The position numbers and the translations under genes are program-made. This document shows, piece by piece, positions 58,562-64,000 of a DNA stretch of 64,000 nt. The stretch covers positions 4,440 through 68,439 of the forward strand of contig JAFEER010000049.1 of NCBI GenBank assembly GCA_018240985.1, read 5' to 3'. Position 1 is the stretch's first letter; every line of letters begins with the position of its first letter. The notes beneath the pieces were generated by a model. That model had not been told where the DNA came from. It did not search any database and saw nothing but the letters and a program-made list of their open reading frames with translations. The DNA comes from Pseudomonadota bacterium (GTDB lineage Bacteria > Pseudomonadota > Gammaproteobacteria > Burkholderiales > Burkholderiaceae_C).

Positions 58562-60352
58562 TCATGGTCTCGGCTTGGACACTCTCTTATCAGCCGTCTT
58601 ACCCGCGCGAAGGTGCGGGAAGTCGACGTACCCCTTGCCCGGCTCCCAGGGGAGCGCAGGAATCGGTCGAAACTTCACCGCTTTGAAGTGCCGAACGAGT
58701 ACATCAAATGGCAAGTCGCTGCCGTATCCGTCCGTGATAGCCCCATCGCCGCTGGTGTGCCCCATGAGCCGCTTTAGGTAACGGGACGGCATTTCAGCGG
58801 CTTCAAGCGTGTCCTTGAGCGTGTGGCGGAACGAGTAGAGAACCTTGCGTTTGTCTTCGATTGAAAGCTTTTTCTTCAGGCGCCCAAAAAACTTCGAGAA
58901 ACTCCCGGAAAGCTTGCCGTGGAAGTCCTTCTTGAGAGTCGGGAAAAGGGCTTTTGCTCCCTTGGATTTGACCCACTCGACATAGCGCAAGAGGCCAAGG
59001 TCCAACAACTCCTGTGCTACCGGTACGCGGCGAATGGAGGCCGCATTCTTCAGAAGTCGGCCGTGGGCTTCTGCCTTGACCGCGTCTTCATTGTCGTCTT
59101 CTTCGTCGTCGAAGAGTTCTGCATCGTCAGGCTCAGGCCTGTCGACGAGATTCAGATACCAGCAATTCACCAGGGCGTCATAAGCGAGGTCTTCGAGCGC
59201 CAGCCCTGCGACCTCCTCGGTCCGCGCACCTGTGTAGTACATGAGCAGCGGAATCCAATATGACGCCTCCTTCGAACTTCCCTGGGAGCGTTTGTGCTCG
59301 CCGTTGTAGATAGAGCAGCCGAAGATGGTGTTCAGGTCGCTCTGGTCGAAAGGGAGACGCTTCTTGCGGCGCTTTTCACGCGCGGACTTGCCCCGCCCGA
59401 GAACATCCTGTGCGGGATTCACTTCAAGGAGCATCCTGCCGACTGCCACCTTGTAGATAGCCTTCACTTTCGCGAGGCGCTCATTGATGGTCACTGTCGC
59501 CAGTCCACGCTCTGCCATGGCCTCAACGAACTCGTTAACCAACTCCTTCGTCACCTGGCCTGGATACTTGACCCCAGCCGCCCGCACTAGACGCTCGAGC
59601 TCGCGCCAAGGTGTTTGAGCGGCAATCACGGTCGGCTTCGGCCGGTCATCCACGTGCTTGACCCACTTGGCAAAAACGTCCGCCCAGGTCGCCCCTTGGT
59701 GAATGCTGAGGGATTTTTTCAGGTCGGTGATGTTCATGCCCGGTGCCATGGTGGCACTGGGTTTGACTCGGCCTGCTTGCCGGTCGATTCGCACGTCAAG
59801 GGCCTGTACGACGGCTTCTAGCAGCTTGTAGGCCGCCTGCCGTTCATGTTCGGGATTGAGGTCGACCTCGGCACCGAGCAGGTGAAGAAAGCTGCGCATC
59901 GCGGGCACGATGGGCTCGACTTTGCCTTGGGCGAGCAGCCTGCCTAGTTCCTTGCGCTGCTGCTGCAACTGGTCGTTCAGACTTTCGAAGTCCTCGTCGT
60001 CAAGGCCATGGCTACGTTGCAGGTCGTCCGTGAGCAGCGACTGGTGGACCCAGTTGCTGGCCATGGCCTGCACTTGCTGGTCGGTCAGCGCGGTGAGTCG
60101 ACGAACCGAGCGCTGGGCACGTTGGGCTGCTTTCACAGCCAGCTCACGCTCTTTAAGCGCGAACTCTTGCTGGATAGCTGCCAGTTCGGTGATGAGAAGG
60201 GCTTTGCCTTCACGGCGGTCACTCGTACCCAGCGCACGAATGATTTCGGGTTTGCGAGGGTAGGCTGGCCGAAGCTTGGAGGGTACGCGAACCCGGCAAT
60301 AGAGCTTGCCAGACTTCCCGCGTGCGTATAGGTGTTCTGCGATTTGTTTCAT
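58562..60352 (-). CDS. int: Tyrosine integrase (DUF6538-like N-terminus) of island A
   Basis: YCRVRVPSKLR N-terminus, YTGARTEEV, KNAASIR, YSFRHT, MGHT, GYG. Confidence 0.95.
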   Translation of the reverse strand: MKQIAEHLYARGKSGKLYCRVRVPSKLRPAYPRKPEIIRALGTSDRREGKALLITELAAIQQEFALKERELAVKAAQRAQRSVRRLTALTDQQVQAMASNWVHQSLLTDDLQRSHGLDDEDFESLNDQLQQQRKELGRLLAQGKVEPIVPAMRSFLHLLGAEVDLNPEHERQAAYKLLEAVVQALDVRIDRQAGRVKPSATMAPGMNITDLKKSLSIHQGATWADVFAKWVKHVDDRPKPTVIAAQTPWRELERLVRAAGVKYPGQVTKELVNEFVEAMAERGLATVTINERLAKVKAIYKVAVGRMLLEVNPAQDVLGRGKSAREKRRKKRLPFDQSDLNTIFGCSIYNGEHKRSQGSSKEASYWIPLLMYYTGARTEEVAGLALEDLAYDALVNCWYLNLVDRPEPDDAELFDDEEDDNEDAVKAEAHGRLLKNAASIRRVPVAQELLDLGLLRYVEWVKSKGAKALFPTLKKDFHGKLSGSFSKFFGRLKKKLSIEDKRKVLYSFRHTLKDTLEAAEMPSRYLKRLMGHTSGDGAITDGYGSDLPFDVLVRHFKAVKFRPIPALPWEPGKGYVDFPHLRAGKTADKRVSKPRP

Positions 60353-60370
60353 GGTCCTGTACCACAGAGT

Positions 60371-60449
60371 TGTGTAACAGGCCGTGTAACAACAGCAGCT
60401 TATATGCTGCGCTAAGTTATTGATTTTCTTATGAAATCAACAACTTAGC
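60371..60449. promoter_or_regulatory. att arm: two TGTAACA arm-type sites and an inverted pair of IHF-like sites
   Basis: TGTGTAACA (60371), CGTGTAACA (60383); GCTAAGTTATTGATTT-N7-AAATCAACAACTTAGC (WATCAANNNNTTR on both strands). Confidence 0.7.
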
Positions 60450-60466
60450 GAGGACTTGAATAGGGT

Positions 60467-60543
60467 TGGGGTGGCTGATGGGACTCGAACCCACGACGAC
60501 AGGAATCACAATCCTGGACTCTACCAACTGAGCTACAGCCACC
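60467..60543 (-). tRNA. tRNA-His (GTG)
   Basis: GGTGGCTGTAGCTCAGTTGGTAGAG...GATT GTG ATTC...GGTTCGAGTCCC...CAGCCACCCCA, with G-1 and encoded CCA. Confidence 0.98.
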
Positions 60544-60590
60544 GTAGCCGCAAATTATAGCCTGATTGGCTTCTATCTTCGGAAAACTCC

Positions 60591-62513
60591 TCAGTTTTGT
60601 GATTCGTTTTGCGCCGTGGGACGTGGCGCCTTGATCTGTACCTTGAATCGCTGCTTGAGCAGCTCGTAGTAGGCCTGTGCTTCGGCGGCACCCCAGGCTT
60701 GCAGATATTGCTGGCGTTCCCTGCTTGCCATGGCATCGTCCACGGCTTCACGGGGGACGATGCGGTTGACCTTGACGACAGCGTAGCCTTGGCCCCCCAA
60801 ATCCACGCCCACCCAGGACGGCAGTTTGTCGACGGGCGCATGCAGCGCGCTATCGACCACGGGGCGCGGTTGTTCCTGCATCCGGTCACGCGACACCGTG
60901 ACTGGTGCAGACAGGCCTGTTGCGCTTTCTGGAGCAGCCTTCCAAGCCGTCAGCTTGGCCTGCCCTTCCTGGCGCGCAAGTTCGGCCGCCTTGTCGGCGA
61001 CGTACAGAGCACGCACTTGGTCGCGCGCCTTGTCCAGCGGCAAGGCCATTGCAGGCTGATAGGCTGTGACACGGCCTGCAACCAGGGTGCTGGGGGAAAC
61101 TTCAACGGCCTCGGTATTGCGCTTGTCCTGCAAGGAGTCTGGTTGGAACAGCGCCTCTAAAAAGCGTGGATTGGCCAGCACGCCCTGGGCGCCGGGCGCC
61201 GGTGTGCGCGCGACGCCAGTGGCGCTGTGAATCTTGAGCTTGAGCTTGTCCGCCACGGGCTGCAGGCTGTCGGACTGCTCATAGACGGCATTGGAAAATA
61301 CTTCGGCCACCTCGGCAAACTTGCGCTGTGCCTGCTGCTGCTTGAGTTCGGCCTCCAGCTTGGGGCGAAGCTCTTCAAAACTGGGCTGCGGCGGAGTTTT
61401 GATGTCGGTGAGCATGATGATGTGGTAGCCAAAATCGGAGTCCACCACGTCGCTGATTTGCCCTTTCTTCAGCGCAAACACAGCATTCTCGAAGGGCTTG
61501 ACCATGGCATCACGGCCAAAGAAACCCAGATCTCCGCCGGACGCCGCCGACCCGGGGTCTTGTGACTCCTTCTTCGCCAGTTCGGCAAAGCGGCTGGGCG
61601 CCTTGCGCAGCTCCGCCAACAGCTCCTCTGCCTTGGCCTTGGCCTTTTCACGTTCGGCGGCAGGTGCATCCTTGGCTACCTGGATCAGGATGTGGCTGGC
61701 GCGGCGCTCTTCCTTGCCGGCAAGGCGGCTGAGGTTTTCCTTGTAGTAGGTGCGCAGATCGTCCTCGTTCACGGAGATGCCCGCCTTGACCGCATCAAGA
61801 TCCAACACCACATATTCGATACTGGCCTGCTCGGCTTGCTGGAACTTGGCGGAATTGGCCTTGTAATAGGTTTCCAGGTCGGCCTCGGTGACCGTCACCT
61901 TGGGCGCAAAGGCTGATGCGTTGAAGCGCGCCACCTGAATCTCGCGGCGCTGCAGGATCGCATCAAGCGCGAGTTTGGAATCAGCCGTGCCTGCAAATGC
62001 CGAGACCATGACGCTTCCCATGACCTGGTTGACCGAAATGTCTTGCCGTATACGCGCTTCCAGGCCTTCTGGCGTGAGGCCTTGTGAGCCAGCCAGGGCC
62101 CGGTAGGCTTCGACGTCCAGGGAGCCGTCGGGGCGCTTCAGGGCAGCAATCTGGGGAACACCTTGCAGTTCGCGTGCGAGACGCGAGTCGCTGGTGAGCA
62201 GGTGCATCTTTTGGGCTGCGGCCTTCAGCACATGGTCGCGCACCAGGCGTTCCAAAGTGGCATATCGCGCCTGCGGTGTGTCAAGCAGCTTGGCATCGAC
62301 GTTCGGAGACTGGGCACGGATGCGATCGCTTTCCATCCGGTGGGCGTTATCCCAGTCGGACTGAGTGATGTCCTTGCCGTCCACACGCGCAACCACCGGA
62401 CTGCCACCGCTGAAGTAGTTTCTGTCTATGCCGACGAGGATGAACGAGGGGATGATCAGCAAGAACAGCAAGCCCATCACCCACTTGGTGTGCTTGCGGA
62501 TGGATTCCAACAT
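60591..62513 (-). CDS. ppiD: Periplasmic chaperone / peptidyl-prolyl isomerase PpiD
   Basis: MLESIRKH N-terminal TM, SurA_N-like region, RRASHILI, SQDPGSAASGGDLG parvulin domain. Confidence 0.95.
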   Translation of the reverse strand: MLESIRKHTKWVMGLLFLLIIPSFILVGIDRNYFSGGSPVVARVDGKDITQSDWDNAHRMESDRIRAQSPNVDAKLLDTPQARYATLERLVRDHVLKAAAQKMHLLTSDSRLARELQGVPQIAALKRPDGSLDVEAYRALAGSQGLTPEGLEARIRQDISVNQVMGSVMVSAFAGTADSKLALDAILQRREIQVARFNASAFAPKVTVTEADLETYYKANSAKFQQAEQASIEYVVLDLDAVKAGISVNEDDLRTYYKENLSRLAGKEERRASHILIQVAKDAPAAEREKAKAKAEELLAELRKAPSRFAELAKKESQDPGSAASGGDLGFFGRDAMVKPFENAVFALKKGQISDVVDSDFGYHIIMLTDIKTPPQPSFEELRPKLEAELKQQQAQRKFAEVAEVFSNAVYEQSDSLQPVADKLKLKIHSATGVARTPAPGAQGVLANPRFLEALFQPDSLQDKRNTEAVEVSPSTLVAGRVTAYQPAMALPLDKARDQVRALYVADKAAELARQEGQAKLTAWKAAPESATGLSAPVTVSRDRMQEQPRPVVDSALHAPVDKLPSWVGVDLGGQGYAVVKVNRIVPREAVDDAMASRERQQYLQAWGAAEAQAYYELLKQRFKVQIKAPRPTAQNESQN

Positions 62514-62532
62514 GGTGAATCTTTCAACGACT

Positions 62533-62564
62533 GCAAAAGAAAAGGCGAACTCGCGTTCGCCTTT
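62533..62564 (-). terminator. Intrinsic terminator upstream of ppiD
   Basis: AAAGGCGAAC TCGC GTTCGCCTTT, with an A-run that gives a minus-strand U-tract. Confidence 0.8.
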
Positions 62565-62933
62565 GTCTGAGGTGGTGGGTGTCAGGGGATCCAGTCGCGG
62601 ACTCGTGCGCTGCAAGGAAACCTGAAGCTCCTTACGAATCAATATCCTATAGCGCAGGCCAACGCAGAAACACCCACCACGGCGGTTAACCTTGTGATTT
62701 TACTGTAGCTGGAGGGACGGTTCTTCGCTTGGCGGATTCAAGTCCAACTGCAACGAATTTTCAAGGCATAGACAGTGCTGAACCAGCCGCCAGCACAAAA
62801 ATGCATGGCTGATATGCATCGGCAACCATGTGCACAGGCGTGTTCATCCTCACACTGGCGTTCTGGGTCGAAGAGCCCAGCCCCCCATGGCCATCCCTTC
62901 CCGGGGCTGCCTGTTCACATTGAGGATGAAACT

Positions 62934-63383
62934 ATGAGCATGATGTCTCGAACCTATGGTCACCTGTCGGCGTTGGCACTTGGCGCACTTTTCGCATTGC
63001 CCGCGCTGGCGGCAGGTGACGAAGAAGCGGTTGCCGCCAAGCTGGAGGAGTTCCGCAGTGCGCAGGTGACGGCCAATGCCAGCGCCTTGACGGCGCTGAC
63101 GGTGCCTGAACTCAGCTATAGCCACTCCGACGCGCGTGTGGAAGATCGCGCCACCTTCGTGGCCAACACGACCTCGGGCAAGAAGCCTTTTCTGTCGCTG
63201 GCATACCGCGAGCCGACGATTCGCGTGGTCGGCAACAACGCCATCGTGCGCTTCCATTGGCTGGGCGAGCAGCAGGCGGTGGCCGATGGCAAGAAAACCG
63301 CCACCGATCTGCATATCCTGATGGTGTGGCAAAAGCAGGGCGGCGACTGGAAGCTGCTGGCAAGAAGCGCCACCAAGCTCTGA
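62934..63383 (+). CDS. Exported NTF2-like (DUF4440) protein
   Basis: Signal peptide, LSYSHSDARVEDR, HILMVWQKQGGDWKLLAR; GAGG RBS. Confidence 0.88.
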   Translation: MSMMSRTYGHLSALALGALFALPALAAGDEEAVAAKLEEFRSAQVTANASALTALTVPELSYSHSDARVEDRATFVANTTSGKKPFLSLAYREPTIRVVGNNAIVRFHWLGEQQAVADGKKTATDLHILMVWQKQGGDWKLLARSATKL

Positions 63384-64000
63384 TCAGGCCAGGCGCGCGC
63401 CTATCCACGCCCCCGACGTGACGAGGCCGCGCACTTCCTTGCGCAGGGTTTGCGTGATTTCAAACAGTTCGGGCATGGCGGGCCGGTTGCGCGCCATGGC
63501 CAGCGCAATCTTGCGGGTCACCACCGGCTCGACCAGCCGTGCCGCATGCAGCCGGCCTTGCGCCACGCGGTCGGCGACCGCCGCGAACGGCAGCAGCGTG
63601 GCCCCGCAGCCGTCCTCGACCAGGCGCATGGAGACGGTGTTCGATGCATCGCATTCCAGCGCCATATTCAGCCGGGTGCCGGCCCGCGCCGCCAGCGCTT
63701 CGGCCAGCACGCGCAGGCCGTGCTCGGTGCTGGGCAGGATCATCGGCACCTCGCCCAGCTTGCCGACCGGAAACGTTGGGCCGATGTAGCTCCACGAGGC
63801 TGGCGTCACCAGCATCAGGTCTTCCTCCAGCAGCACATCCTGGTTCAGTCCGCTGTGCTGCTCGGGGGAGTAGAGCAGCGCCATATCCACCTCGCCCGTG
63901 GCCAGCCATCCCAGGATGGGGCCGGCCAGGCCTTCGACGAAGCGCAGCTTGGTGGTAGGAAAGCGTTGCTTGAGGGCGGTGCCGATCAGGCCGAAGGCCG
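63384..64000 (-). CDS. LysR-family regulator (3' part; starts beyond the window)
   Basis: LRFVEGLAGPILGWLATGEVDMALLY substrate-binding domain pattern. Confidence 0.88.
   Translation of the reverse strand, partial: AFGLIGTALKQRFPTTKLRFVEGLAGPILGWLATGEVDMALLYSPEQHSGLNQDVLLEEDLMLVTPASWSYIGPTFPVGKLGEVPMILPSTEHGLRVLAEALAARAGTRLNMALECDASNTVSMRLVEDGCGATLLPFAAVADRVAQGRLHAARLVEPVVTRKIALAMARNRPAMPELFEITQTLRKEVRGLVTSGAWIGARLA

Larger units (their letters stand above)
40476..60483. mobile_element. Island A: ~20-kb integrative element at tRNA-His
   Basis: 17-bp direct repeat ends, integrase next to the tRNA, inverted arm-type 10-mers CTGTTACACA (40543) and TGTGTAACAG (60371), IHF-like sites at both ends. 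Confidence 0.9.

Noticed and set aside
62514-62642. N-terminal extension of ppiD in the ORF track
   Set aside because: It runs through a terminator hairpin; the PpiD-typical start is MLESIRKH at 62513.

Overview
Betaproteobacterial (Comamonadaceae-like) chromosome. Bases 1 to about 60.47 kb are accessory DNA lying downstream of a minus-strand tRNA-His (60467-60543). Copies of the tRNA 3' end at 23687 and 40476, each with a copy of the same terminator, split it into three tandem islands. Island C (<1-23.7 kb) holds the 5' end of an Avs-like nuclease-NTPase missed by the ORF track, an unassigned nuclease/SEC-C operon, an IncQ-like integrative mobilizable element (MOBQ relaxase, oriT, RepA helicase, RepC-like gene, iterons, xis-int), an AbiE toxin-antitoxin pair and a frameshifted LOTUS gene. 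Island B (23.7-40.5 kb) has no integrase and carries a complete mzaABCDE system plus vsr and a C5 methyltransferase, decayed ICE-type genes and an intact IS1380. Island A (40.5-60.5 kb) carries a primase-like rep, an RHH-led operon of type I R-M, an Abi_C/HEPN gene and Lamassu, several unknown genes and its own tyrosine integrase. Core-like genes follow: ppiD, a DUF4440 gene and a LysR regulator. The strongest unexplained signals are (1) a ~1.2 kb hairpin-dense stretch without a credible CDS at 53.76-54.95 kb, with a minus-strand terminator, GAAA tetraloops and complementary CTCTCAC/GTGAGAG motifs, a candidate large ncRNA paired with an uncharacterised gene; and (2) two diverged, covarying copies of a ~150-nt leader in front of the divergent rep and xis-int operons. 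All family assignments come from motif recognition by eye; no database searches were run.
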